DNA of 64,000 nt, taken from assembly GCA_002633005.1 (NCBI GenBank), contig NMRA01000125.1:106214-170213 (forward strand). The letters run 5' to 3'. The translations under genes and the position numbers were made by a program. The first letter of the stretch is position 1. Every line of letters begins with the position of its first letter. This DNA is from Phoronis australis. Taxonomy: Eukaryota; Animalia; Phoronida. The notes beneath the pieces were generated by a model, which did not search any database, was not told the DNA's origin, and saw only the letters and a program-made list of their open reading frames with translations. Shown piece after piece: positions 37,701 through 51,523 of this stretch.

Positions 37701-40700
37701 GACTGGAACCATTCGTTTTGATTTTTACCTTTGCGTGACTAGCTTTAATGTATTTGTCAAATGGCAATTTGGGTGCTAGTAGTCAAGATGCTGGAAATCG
37801 AAATTGTAAACAATCATAACCATACTGTCTCATAAGGTCATAACTGGCATAAATCGTGAAATCAAATAGATGCTGGAATGCTCGTCGTCGTTTTAGTTTT
37901 ACTATGGCGTAAATCTTATTGAACATATTTGCATATTTATTGACTACATTTGGCTCTGATACGGAATGTTTTCCTACAGATTAAACAGTGACAACGATGT
38001 AAATTTATAATCATACCTATACGGCAATAGGAAACTGTCAGACAAGGTGGGAGAACAGTGGATTTAACAGGTAGGTTTATGAGGAAAGATTCAACATTAT
38101 AATGACTGGCGGGTGACCTGAGCATTGCAAAGTTACACGTATTGGATAGTTACAGAGTTAGTCTGTAAACAAGGCAGTGTTAACAATTAATGCCAATTCT
38201 TCGATAAGGGCCACTTTTTTCAAAACCAACCCATGCCAAATGACGTCGTATGGATTTCGCAACCTATTGTTTAGCTTTCAAGATGCATGCGACGGGCATA
38301 AGCGTGTCGCATGGTTATCGCCTGTGGGACACTTCCACTGTTTTCCTTTGTTGTATCTTTGTTGGATATGACAATACCGGTCGTGCGGATATCATACCTT
38401 GGGCGCACATCAGCCGGTTACAGATAAATGTTTACCATTACCTTTATTATGAGGAAGAAAAACAAAGTAAAGAATAGATACGCCTATGTATCGAAGTCAG
38501 GTGCCACTGATCCCTCCTTAACTCTGTGCTGGAACAAGAAATTCAGGTTGGAAATCAAACTCAAATGGGATAGGATCCTAAAAATGCAAACAATTCCTAA
38601 TATCATGCGACTAATAGCTTGTTTTAAGCAAACTTTAGACACAGAATTTGACAGAATTTTGTATCTGTGCACCTAACAGCAAATCTCCAAACTTAGCTTT
38701 TTCAAGCTGGTATCCTAGGTTTTGAATTGATTTCAAAACCTCAAAATTTTTGGCGGTCGAAATTGCTGACCTGAAATTTTTTCAGTGTCAAAGGTTGAAA
38801 ATTAAAAAAAATGTTCTGCATAGATAACAGAATGTTATTACATGTAAAAGAAATAGGTACATGGCTCGTACGTGATGAAGTAAAAGGTCCTGTTTACAAT
38901 ACAAGTGATTTTCTGCCTAAGTTCCCAGTTACCTAAACTCACAGTTGCTTACAAACCTCCTCATAAGGTAGTAAATTCTCTTCCAGGCCAGTGTTGGCAT
39001 GTTTGTTTAGATACCAACCTCTTCTAAAGGTGAGTGCAGGTAAGTTTGTTTTGTATACCAACTTCTTTACAACTTTCTTATTTCACCAGTCCTAATGCGT
39101 GCGAGTAGAGATCATAGGAATTCTGATTCTTTGCTTTTCGCCGTCAAATACAGCATTATTGTCCTCAGCCAGTGGGCCAAAGAATTTGTCAATGCCGAGG
39201 GCAATGGACAGGTAAAAAACTTGAGCAGCGCCAGTCTTTGATCACAAGACTTTGTTTACATCAAACGACCAGTGAATGTGCCGAGTGTTCAAATGTACCT
39301 CCCAGTTGACAAGCGGGGCACAAGGTAATCACCAATGGGAAACTTTGACAGAGGTAACAAGCAGGCCCTGCCACTCAACTGTAAACAAAACTCAAACAGC
39401 CTTTTGTCTGGGATGCACTCAAGGTTTTTAAAATTTCAAACACATTAACTTGTCATATCAAATTCCTGAATAACAGTTATATGATGCAAACCTACTAATT
39501 TACAACCTAGGTTGTAAATGAAAAAAAACATGCGTCAACAACTCAAAAACTGTGACTAAGCATGGCGGTTGTTGAATGTTTTCGGACAAGTGAGTGATAC
39601 AACAATGATCAAAATTATAGAGTAGATACAAAAGATCTTTCAAGATAAATCTCAGCCAGTAAGTCATGACATGCTGTTGAAAGTGTCAGAAGGCAGTCTG
39701 TTCTACGGCCAATGAAATGGGTCTGACAGGGAAATGTGGCTATACAGAGAACATCTGATCTACCTTTAAAATGTGAGTACTGGACCATCGAACATTTACC
39801 AATACTTGTTGAGTTGGGTGAGAGTCTATTTGCCTAATGGTTGTGTTCAGAGAGCCTGTTGATAAACTAGGTCAGACATACCATGTGGTCAGATGAGGAA
39901 GTGACACTGATGTACATTTTAAAATTTTGCTGCTCAACTAAAACGCCTAGACAAACTACACCATGCAGATTCGAAAATTGACATCATTGAAGAATGAGTG
40001 TTAATGTAGGCACGATAGACCCCTGTTCGCTAATCTGTATTCAGTATTGTGAGTGAAGTTTTACTTGTCTATGCCCTGCCTGTCCAAAAAGCTATAGGAT
40101 AATATCAAGCCATAGAAAGATAAGTAGTTATGAATGAATGAGTCTGACAGGAATCTAGAGCTAATAACAAGCTCCATCATGTCGATACCAAGCCTGGTGG
40201 ACAAAAACTCAAAAGCATCACACTTTACAAGGAGAAGGGTCAAGATTCTCGTACAAAGGCAATATGCCATACTTTAATTGGGTCGGTGTACCCTGCTTAC
40301 TGGCCTGTCATTCAACTAATTACAAAACCTCGCTGTTTTAATTGAACGGCAAAATTCGTGCCAAAAAATAATGCAAACGTGTACTTCACACTTGTGTCTT
40401 TTTCATTCTTTATATTATTGAGTGTTATAAAACATAAAATAGATAGTTGTTGTGAACAGAAACCAATTACCCTGTCCAGGTAAAGCGTAGCCAAGCTTAA
40501 CAATTGTCGGTCTCTGATGACGACACTCTGATGCTACATGGATGGTGGTGCACAGCTAATCTTGCGCTGAAATTTACCAGCAATGCATGCCACGTCAAAT
40601 GTTAATGCAGTTTTGCTATCTAAGACCATCATGTTTTTTCAATTGCATTTTATGAGCTTAATTCGTATGGAAAACACATTGTGGATTTGATAACTGTCAT

Positions 40701-43700
40701 AGGGGTTGCTATAACAATCAGTGAAAATCACTTAATGCACTACAGCTTCGTTCTGGTTGTGTCCTTATGACTTTAAAAAGCAAGGGTTTTTGTAACATTA
40801 TTAAGTACGTAACTTGTTGGCTTAACAAGTGCTGCAGTTCAACATTTAATTTATTTGACTGTAAAAAATACCATACAGCAACATAAAATACCATGACAGG
40901 ATACCTGCTGTGTAGGTTCCTAACAAGTACTAGAACAATCAGTAGTTAGTACGCTCATCACCAACCTTTACACTAGTTACGGTTAACATTTCCATCTCAT
41001 TCATTACAAACTGTTGGCCATTCCAAATAAAATTTTATTTCTCAAGGGTCTGAAACTGGCTCACCTGGGGTCTGCTTCACGTAAAATGACTGAAAACTGA
41101 GCATTCAATTCATAAATTTGGTCTTCTACTTCCAATTCATAATTTATGAATAAAGGTTTAGTCAAGTGATTATGTGCGCATCACAGTCCGAAATAATTCA
41201 CACAAGTTATCTCTGCAACTTGCTCTTACATAAATATTCTCAGAGACTTTGTACTTTTGCTCAAGTGAGATTTAATTATTTTTCTGAAATAGTTGTGTGG
41301 AGCACAAATCCAAATTTCTGACCAAGGTCTGTAGTCCCTTTTCGTGAAATAGACCCAGTGCCAGAAACGCTGCAACCTATGTCTAGTATTCAAGCAAATG
41401 TCAAGCAGGAGACAGTACTTTTTGATTGATTCACATGACCGAGCACTGATGAACGGAGCTTTGTTCAGTGGACCTCATTGAAAAGAAAACTGTACAAGAA
41501 GGATTTGACCACCCAGTAGGTATATGTGTATTGCCTATCAAATCTTTTAGTCCTTTATCAAAGTTTTCTTAAATAAGGGCAATTCAAAATCTTGTAGGGC
41601 TGAAAACGAGTACTTGGTTCTGGTCTCTATTCCAACTCATTTTGAAATCTGCGCTCACAGACTAAAGAACTTCAGACAAGGTTTCGTGTAAGCAAGGTCT
41701 GAAATGCACAGACTCGTTGAGCGATCAACAAATCATGCATCACTATTGCTCATCCCAGGTAGACTTTCTTTTTTGAAAGTGAGCCACTAAAAACACTGCA
41801 TCACCACCTCGATTTTCAAAAAAAAACAGAACTGGAACCAACAATGCTTTTTTTGCCTAATTGTTAGTTTACCTTGATTTACTTTTTATGAGAATGTTGA
41901 TGGATTATCCCCACTTCAGGAGCCTTTAATAAAACATAAGTTACACTACGAAATTCAGACATAAAAAGGTGTCCAAATCCAGACCTTCTACTACAAATTC
42001 CACTACTAAAATATAAGGGACTGCATACTTGGAACTGTCCAAATCAATGCTTCAAAATGCACAGTGCCACTTCTATGCCCTCATTAGCCAATGAAAAAAA
42101 AGAGTGAAAACAAGCTTCACATGGTTACTGTCCAGGTGATTTAGTTGGAAACCATCTATTCTTTTCCTGGTTGACATTTTTAAACGAGACGAGACGAGAG
42201 ACAAAACACAACATTAGCCCTCCCTAGGGAATCATTAGTTACGCTCATGATTTATGGATAAGAATTTAAAAAACTAATAAACTGAGAACTAACCTTGCAG
42301 CCTAGAAACAAATGTCAACAATGCGTATCTTCCACCAGAAACAACCAAAAATGCTTGGATCATTTTCCGTAAAACAAGAGAACATACCGTATTTGTGTAT
42401 CGACAAAAAAGAAGTTGCCACAATTTAGACTGCTTCATTTTATGACACAACTGAGCCAATATTCAGTCTTAATCAATGTCTAAATTTACTAAATTTTTAT
42501 TGCAGTTTGGTTAAGACGCCATCGACACAATATCCATCAATTTCAAATGCGTGTTAGGAGCAAAGTCAAACAAAATTTGCTGTTTCCATATTGGTTCTGT
42601 AGCTGTTAACAAGCAGTTAACCTTCACTAACAATACTAACTCTTTTGTAATGTACACGGGCACAGAACATTCTATCCATTGTCAACAGTCGGCTTCCCAA
42701 AGGTGAAAAGAAAAACGCAGACGGCTTCTTATTTGCGCAGATGTGTGAAAAATACTTTTAAAATGTAATTTCAAAGTCATGTGTGAACACGATTATTTAC
42801 CACTTTGTGTATTGATATGGAATTAAACTTCACAAATACTGCCAATCCCAAGAGTTAAAGTGTCAAATTTCTTGAAAACAAACCAAATTCCGTTATTTAC
42901 TTTTAATTAAGGAAACCTTAAACCGTCTACAGAAAGCACACCTAAAGCGTGGCGAATCCTTCATGAGCTGCTATTAAAACTTACAAACCTAGTATTCTCA
43001 ATAACTTTTTGACTAGAGTCTATTTGGACTACCAAGGCCTGTCCTTTTATTCCTGCATTAAAAGATCATTACATAAATTAGATGTTTACTTAAAAGCAAC
43101 TCTTTATAGACACTTACCTTTTAAAGATCATTTAATGGAACAATTGTATTTAAACGGGAACACAGCAACTGTGAACTGTAGAGTTTCTATTTACTGAAAG
43201 CACATATTTACTAATCAGCGATCTGCAATTTTTAAGCCTGATAAAAGAACAATAAAAGAACACCATAAAGGAAAACGGTAAGGTGCAGATGTGTCGGAAA
43301 TGACTTATTTACCTAGAAGTATCTTGTTGGAATAACATTTGAAATAAATATGTCGACAACATTGTAAACAAAGTCACTTTGTCGATCTTTCGTGCAAGTA
43401 ACCAATCTTGTTCCATTCAAAGTTCTCATCTCCAAAGAAAACGCCATAGGATAAATGATATGAACTTTAGTGACTTGTTTTTGTTGTTACAAGCACGTGC
43501 AAGATCAAGTGATGCATTTTTTTATACATACTTTAGTGTTTGGGATTTTAGCGACCGCCAGGTGAATCATCTGGCATCATGCCAAATGGGAAGTAACATA
43601 GGCACACAGCTGAACTGTTGAGACTTTACTAAGGAGCAGGTGGTTTCTGAAATTTAAATTCGCTTTACGGCTATATTTTATTCTTACAACAGTTGTGACA

Positions 43701-46700
43701 TCACAATGTTGGCTCTCATCCAACACGGCAGATTGTTCTGGTCTGATTCTTGAACAAAGAAATCCCAAATGAATGAGACATTTTCATTTTGTCTGAATTT
43801 TTTCTTAACCCAACAAAATTTAAAGCCACCAGACACAAAGAGATGTCTTCTTGTGTCATTAAAGTCTAAGGGTAAATAGTTTTGTCAATGACCCATGACT
43901 ACAAACCAGGTTGGCATTTGGGTTCACATTCTAACAGCTAGCCACAAAAGGGTGAACTGGGCCACCCGTGCAACCGAATCAAACTTGTTGGCCAAAGCCT
44001 TATATCTGAAATACATGCATGCTGAATGCGGTCATACTCCCAGTTCTGTTTGTATTCTGATAAGAAAGAGCGATAGGCTCAAGTGGGCTTTAATCTTCAT
44101 ATCGGCAGAGAAGAACACTAGGACTGCGGATATGTGTTGATGCTGCGTAAACCAACATGTGTTATAGATAGAGGAGACCCCTTCCATTGGCTTGATATCA
44201 TCAGCCTGCCGCCAGACAAACAAGGGCATTTATTACTCACCTCAACACTATTTCCTATTTGCCATCTTCAAAACTGTGTATTGCCAGTTTTATCACTACT
44301 GACTAAAGCCAACAAAATTATTTGAGTCAGTGAAAGATGATCTTAAGCCACAAAGCATAGTTGGGTCTGGTCTGTGTGTGTTTTGGAGAACTGATGTGAT
44401 AATTCGTTATTGCTTTAACTGTCCATTTAAAAAAGTGAAAAGACATCTAATACCAGCAAAAAAGGAATGTGCTTTTCATCTCATCTCAAACCTGTTTCAC
44501 TGGTGTAGTCACGCAGCTGGGGGAGGGGGGGAATGGCAGCGCTGGTGCGTGTGAGGCAGTGATTGTAACATTTTTCAGTCATCGACGGTTGTAGCTGACT
44601 TGACACCTATGATGGCCAAATCCTTATTTGCATGTGATTTGTGGCTTTTGAAAAAGGTCGCCATCGGCTAAAATTGATGCGGTGGCCATTTTTTCTTTAA
44701 GTAGTGAGGCGTAGACCAATACCAATTATGTTTTTGTTGGCCTTATGTAACATTTCCAAATCATGTTTTGCCTTTGGTCAAATGCAAGCACACACTTCTC
44801 CTTTATATTCGACAAATGTCCAGAGGAGGAAAGGCGACAAATGTCCAGAGGAGGAAAGGCGTGTGAAAACCACCACAACTTACATAAGACACAATATATC
44901 CCTTATATATACCTTTTAGCCTACTTGCTGACAAGAGTGATTATTATGTTTGGTGGTAGTGTTTTCCACTGTTCAACTCCTCTTAAGGAAAATCTGTTGT
45001 TTGTGGTAAGAGGAAACAATAAAATGCACCTTGAAAGAAACTTTCATGGCAAGTATCTTTGACTACAAAAGTTCAGATATGCTGAACTGCACCATAAACA
45101 AGCGAGAGTCCACCCTGAAAATTAATGGTCATAAAATATTCTATGCACAGCAGATGCAGAGAGTTCATAGTGAAGAATTATTACAATGAGTCCGCTTCTA
45201 AACAACAGTTAATAGCAGCCAAGCACAGATCAATCATTATTTTACGACTTAGGATTAAAAATGATGGTGGTATCGCACGCCTTGTGTCGGCTGTGGTTCA
45301 GATGAGCCATAATGCTGTGAGTGACAGTTATAGTAAGAGGATTAATATTGTACTTTGATACCTTAAACAGAAACGCAACAACAGATTAATAAAAAATTTA
45401 GCACTCATTAATTAAACCGCGTTTCGCGCCTATGGGTTTTCAACAGGGACGGAGGGCAAAAATGGGAACCTTAAAAAAGTACCCGTGTCGATGCAAGCAA
45501 AAGTCGAACACAAGATTGTGATCTTTGCAGTTGCAACACCCTCCCTGGTTTTTCTTACATCGGCAGGGCATTTGAATGCTGTCTGATAATGCAAACTACA
45601 GCAGTTATCAATATCTAAACTGCGATAAACTCAGCCCTGCTTATCATTTGGTTACTGATTATCACTTGGCTAGCACACGCATGCTGCCGCTGATGATAAG
45701 TACAGCAATATATCAAGAGACATCTGCAAAATAAACCAGTAGGGACAGGCTGTCTTATCACTAGCAATGGTACGATACTCGTAGAGGGAGTACCCGTCAG
45801 TGGTAAGCAACGCATAATTAAAGGCCGTTAATAATCGTCCGGCAGGTGTTTCTTTTGTCTTAAGGCAGTGAGCGTAACTCTGGCTACCATGTCATAAGAA
45901 AGTGTGGCTGCGGTAGTTTTATTATATTAATGGTGTGACTGTTCTCAGTGACAGAGCTTCAAGTCAACCAACAGGTTTGTAACCTATGGCTTTAAGGTTA
46001 TATGGAACCCTTGAAAAATGTAAAAATTTGGTTAACTTTGGAACATCATATCTCCAAACTGGCTGACTGGACTCAAATGAAACTTTCAGATATTATATGC
46101 CTTATGCACTAGCTAATGTTGTCGTGAGTTGTTGCTTAAATGTTCCACCTTTACGTGAGGGACATAAAATTATCACAAATTTTTCACAGCTGCAAGTGAC
46201 TATTGCCAGTTAAACCTTGCCAGGAAAGGTAAATTGCTCATTCAAGAGATTTCTATAATTTTAAACACCAAAAAAATCACTTTTCCAAATAATGTAAACT
46301 GTGCTGTCATTTGCTTCAATACCAACATCAGATGCCAGTTTCACAGAAAATGTTTCACACCATTAAAAATCAAAGAATGATAAGTTGAAATATACAAATG
46401 GAATTTTATTTCAAAAACCCCAGTGCCAGGTACAAATGCAAGGCATGGCAAGTTTTGAAAGTACAGCAAGTGTAAGATGGATGAGGTGCTTACGACACAA
46501 ATAAAACTGAACATGCAAGGTGTCTTCTAAATTACGCTACTTAAGACCTCCAAAGTTCCCCATTTTTGTGACCTAACTTTTCACAAACTCGGGCAACTTG
46601 ACCTGTGAACATCCCGCACACTCTCACACGTACAAAAGCTTTTCTTTACGGCCCAGAATAGGCTTAATAATGCGCCTAATGGATTTCAAAAGCATGATTT

Positions 46701-48198
46701 TAAAGTCATTCTTTTTGGCAAAGTTTTGTCGGCTGACAGTGCCATTGTTGGGTCTAGCGTTAATGTTTTTCTTGTTTGAAAGCAAGTACGACTGGAGCGT
46801 GCATGTAGTCAACATAGTGTCTCGTCATTGGTCACTAAGAGCCAATAGGCAACATCTCTCACCTTGTGGTGATCGTGGTAGCTTGCTAGACGGGTGCACA
46901 AGCAGTCTGTTCAATAGTTAGACATTGGTGATTAGGATATAATAAGCAATAACTTCTGCAAGGCTCAAGTGTAGTGTATAAGACACCAGTGTATGGACTG
47001 TCTATTTATTGTGGTTATTAGTTGGTCATAGTCAACAGGCAACAGACTCTTACCTAGTGTTGAAAGCGTGCAGGGCACAATAGTAGACACAAGGAGCGTT
47101 TTGCGCATCTATTTACACATTGGTCATAGGTCACTTGGACGCAATAAGCAATGTCCATCAGTGTGCGTTACACAGTCTTCATGGTCACCAGTGACCAGTG
47201 ACCAATAAGGGACAGTTCCTATCAGGCAGTGACTACATGCAGTGTACAGGACAGTAGAGTGGACAGGACTAGTGTTTGTGTGGTGAATTACCTGGCTTGT
47301 CACAGATGACTAGCAAGTAGTAGATAGTATCCCCTAACTAACCATGTGTGCAAGAGAGCCAGCCATACGGCACATTCTTCACAGTACTTAAGCAAAATAG
47401 GAGAGACAAGTTGGTAAGTTGTAGGAACTGTGCTTAAAATTATTAATGATTATGGAATTTTGTTGTTGCTCTACGACAAAATTTTGACTTCAGTAACTGT
47501 CACTTTCAAGTTTTTGTTCAGAAGCTCCATACAATTTTCTGTCCAACAAATACTCAACTTATATCTAGCTCCTGAAACTTATACAGTGTCATGAGCATGA
47601 CCACACTCTATTTTACTTATTATATTTCAGTGTGTGACAACTTAAAATAACTTTAGATTAGCAAGACTCAGAAAACATAATAGACAATATACACAACTGG
47701 TGTTTCGTAATAGTGGCTGGCTGGCGTGGCTGGCGGGAAGGCAACCTGTGCAAGATGGTCCCACTTAAAAGGATCTTGTGTATTAGGCCAGATTTATCAG
47801 TCATGTTTCAGTGCCCAAGGGCAGAGTTGGTAGAGTTTATTACTTACCATTCATCATATCTGATCAGTGAAGCATGATGCCAATGGATGATCCATCACTG
47901 TGACAATTATCTGTTATGCAATCAAGGCAAACATGACTGTGAGCCAACAGTTTTTGAATGAACAGGCATCATTGAGACCCATGGAGATGAGATCTATAGT
48001 AAATCTTCAATTTCATGACAGGCTGGAGAGCACACCATTGGCTTTCAAAAGGAAACAAATGTCCTACAGATCACCCTGTGACAGGTTAAAGCAAAGGGTG
48101 GACTCAATGATTGACAGGGGTGGGAGGGAGAAAGCCTTGGATTGATAGGGTGGCAAACATTAGTGCATTTACTGTAGAATTACGTAATGTTATGACTT

Positions 48199-48358
48199 CC
48201 AATTGGCTATAAAAGCCTCTCCCTTCAGAGCAGAGTGTACAGATTGGCTGTAAGTTTCACTCAGTTAAGACTGTCTTGAATATATTCTAACGGATTACTG
48301 CAAATTTTGACTGTCACCGGCAAGATTTTTTCTGTGAAATTATCGTCTGGCTTAAAAG
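48199..48358 (+). promoter_or_regulatory. Putative TATA promoter and 5'-UTR exon of the Tae4/Dae4-like gene
   Basis: CCAATTGG (48199-48206) directly before TATAAAAG (48208-48215). The donor AAG|GTAAAG at 48358/48359 can splice to the acceptor TTTTCCTCTATTTCAG| at 49210/49211. Confidence 0.55.
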
Positions 48359-49219
48359 GTAAAGTCAATCTACATATATAAATTTTGGATTTTATTCTGA
48401 TACTTTATAAATCAATATTTCAAAATAAAACTAGATACAACTTTGGTGGTCATAAAACCAGTCAGTGCATATTCTTTTTGTGTATTTAATTTTCTGTTTG
48501 CTTTGTGTTTTCTAAATTCTTTTTAGAACTTTAAATTGAAATAAAACTAGAATCGTTAAAATGTTTTTGATTTCCCAAACACTAGCTTGACTTTTCTGAA
48601 ATTGGTAGAATGGTCTGAAAAGGAATTATTTTTTTCTTCTTTTCAGCTGCAGTGCATGCTCATTTTTGTTGCAAAAATACAAATTTCAACATCAAAATTC
48701 AAATAAAATGTTTTAAGTCATGCACAAATCGGAAATGGAAACGAAAATAAATTATATTTATTCCTATCTATCAGTTAAGAAATGTAAGTTTCTCTCATTT
48801 GGGTTGATTTTATTACTTAAGAACTGGCAGGAGTTTGTACACGAAAAACAATTTGTGGGCTATTGTTAAAAATTGTTTACTGTTGTGCACTGACTGTACA
48901 TAAAGGTTCATATGCCAGCAACATATACCTAAGGCTTTTCACCAAACAGGCAGTGTCCACTGAACTGTGACAAAGTCATGGCTGCCCCCATTGTGTCTGT
49001 GTTGGTCCTCACCTTGATAGTACTTGGAACAATGAGCCCAGAACCACTCAAGTAAAACATCCAATCAACACAAACCTTATGAGTGAACAATAGTCCAGCA
49101 ACTCTATTGGCTACCCCTGTGACCATAGCTGGACATGAGGGTGAATGTAAACCAACTGACCTCAACTTCTTGTAGGGCAGGTGGTCTAAACTTATTTTCC
49201 TCTATTTCAGAGTGGAGCC

Positions 49220-50927
49220 ATGACTTCAGGGCATTGGCCAGGCAACATATGCCTTCCCAAGCTAATTGTGACTGTCATCGCGGTGCTCTGCATGTGTGTT
49301 ACCGATGCAAAGGTGAGTTAAAATACTTGCACTTTTATTTCATACTTCCTGACCCACAACGTTCCAGCTGAACGTATTTCTAAAACATCTCAACAAATAT
49401 GTTTACTTATTCAATTAAAAAAATTGGATATTTTTTAATAAGAAAATGTCACAATGAATTTTTAAATACCTAACCATGCTGAAATTGGTGATAAACAAAT
49501 CAATAAATAATTTTGATCAGCCAATTTCAGAGACTTTTCAGTAAAATTTTGATGTCTGAAACAAGTGTTCAGAGTAAAAGTTTTGGAATTTTTACAGAAA
49601 ATACTGATCATTAAGACCGAACAAGTAATCTAGCACAGTGTCAATTACCAAACCTGTTCAACTGTCGTCAGAAGCTAACACCAGGATAAAGGTGTTGCTA
49701 ATAATTAAAAATTGCGTGTTAAGTGTTCCTACCACAATTGATCAGTTAGCTGTCTAATCACCTATTCAACAAAGTTGTTTTGACACAAGGCAGATGTAAC
49801 CTATCTCAGTTTGGCTTAGATTGGTCTCATCAAGCCAGTCATTAGTGACAGCTCAGGTGTTATATATACATACAGGTAACGACCTTGGCTTGATCAGTCA
49901 ATTATTTAAATGAAATGCCGGATACCCGAGACAATAGACTAGTGATAGTACAGCAAGTGGTACTCATTATAAGTACAGGTGGGATAATTGGGCAACACTT
50001 TGCATTAATTAATCAACACCTCTACTGACTAGGTGAGGAGATAGTCTTGAGCAATCATTTTCCAACCCTGACCACAAATTATGTCAGTAGAATGCAACAT
50101 TCTCATGGTAAGAAGGCGAACCTGTTGTCTGACGAGCGGTCGCATGATTTTTTGAGATTGCAGCCCACTCTCATCTGCTTTTTGATTGAACAGTCTGTAA
50201 ACACTGTAACACTGTATCAATCATATGACACAATAAATAGCAATGACCTTAACCATATTAGCTTTTATGACAGAAGGTAGACGAATAGCTTAACCTTAAT
50301 TACATGTTAATAAAATCATGTTTGCAATTTCAGATTCCTCTGCCAAATTTCGACAAACTGAAGTCTGTGTACCCTGGCTATAAGCACCATGGTGGACACT
50401 ACTCCGACAAAGATGTCGTCACTATGATTGGTGGACGAAAAATCCTAAAACTCACAGAGACCACTGGTCTGCGCCTGTCATTTGCCCTAAACAAAATCGG
50501 ACATGGGCATGAGATTAACAGCTACCCAACAGAGCTGACGAACTTGACTACATATTGGTCAACCATGGGCGCTGACCGGAAAATATACTTAACACATGCA
50601 TTAGCATTTGGCCCGTACCTCGCTGTTAAATATGGCAACCCAGAGCTGGTTCGACCTGGAATATGGAACCGGGAAAGGGTCATGGACCAATTTTTAGGTC
50701 GGCAGGGACTGATCCGCATTGTGACATATGATAGACGGAAGAAAGCGCAAGCATTTGTAGCATTGTGGGATTGCAATAATTTCTACAAGACTCGCAACTT
50801 TAACAAGGTGCTCCATCTATTGTCAATAGAATTCTGGGAAATGAAAGGACTCGGCTGTAAGTTCGAGAGAAACAGGAAACACAAGGGCCAAGGTCGGCCT
50901 AAACACTATCCCAAGTGGCTGCGGTAG
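49220..50927 (+). CDS. Secreted Tae4/Dae4-like (T6SS amidase effector 4 family, NlpC/P60 fold) protein lacking catalytic Cys/His; join(49220..49312,50334..50927), 228 aa
   Basis: Exon 1 encodes the signal peptide MTSGHWPGNICLPKLIVTVIAVLCMCVTDA-K, with donor AAG|GTGAGT. Exon 2 has the acceptor TTTCAG| in phase 0. The mature region has LPNFDKL..YP, V..MIGG, ETTGLRLSFALN (cf. NTCAxRxSxALN), KYGNP, FLGRQGLI (cf. F.GKKGII), AFVALWD (cf. GHVxLWD/N) and a C-terminal FWEM. Confidence 0.8.
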
Positions 50928-51523
50928 AACCACGTGAAAACATCTGCAATATCCCACAAAGTCGACGCTTAAAATCTGTCTACAATTTGTATATATTTTG
51001 CAATATCATTGACATCAAACCTTCTTATGGTTAAGAAATGTTACTCAAGTAACACTTTAGTCCTTCTGGACACAATAAGTACGGGTGTCGAATCTTAGAT
51101 GTCAGTTGAAATTAAATCCAAAAAACCTGGACAATTTTAAGTTTTCTGTATTACGTAGTTGCTGCTGTAAGCTATGCAAAGTGCTTCAGGCATAGTTCGG
51201 TAATGTTGTTTTTTTAATTATCGTGCTAACACCATGTCTCAACAAACTGGCGATATCTATTCCGAACTCGATTCCGTGGTTCGAAATCACCCAACCTGAT
51301 GTATCTACTAAGATTACCATATACCATGCTTTGACTTGCATGAGGTGCCATCTGGGTGTTTGAGGTGAGAGAGTGACACACAATAGCTGTGAAGGACAGG
51401 GTCTAACAGCTTATTTGTAATCTGCCAAACACAAATCAAAATGCCAGTAGGAAATCACACTTAACAGTTTGGAGATGACATACATGTGCTGGTTTCCATG
51501 GACTCCCTCACTGCCAAGTAATC

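Noticed and set aside
41065-41098. Candidate ANAPC4 micro-exon (VILREADP, strong CAG|GTGAG donor on the minus strand)
   Set aside because: Its phase does not fit the 34689-34737 exon model, and similarity is too weak to call without transcripts.
47054-47108. Candidate minus-strand exon with AG|GTAAGA donor
   Set aside because: Poor acceptor tract and no recognisable APC4 similarity in any frame.
50304-50927. Bacterial contaminant or single-exon 207-aa gene starting at ATG 50304
   Set aside because: That ATG lies upstream of a good acceptor at 50333, and an in-phase signal-peptide exon exists at 49220-49312; the flanks are animal repeats.
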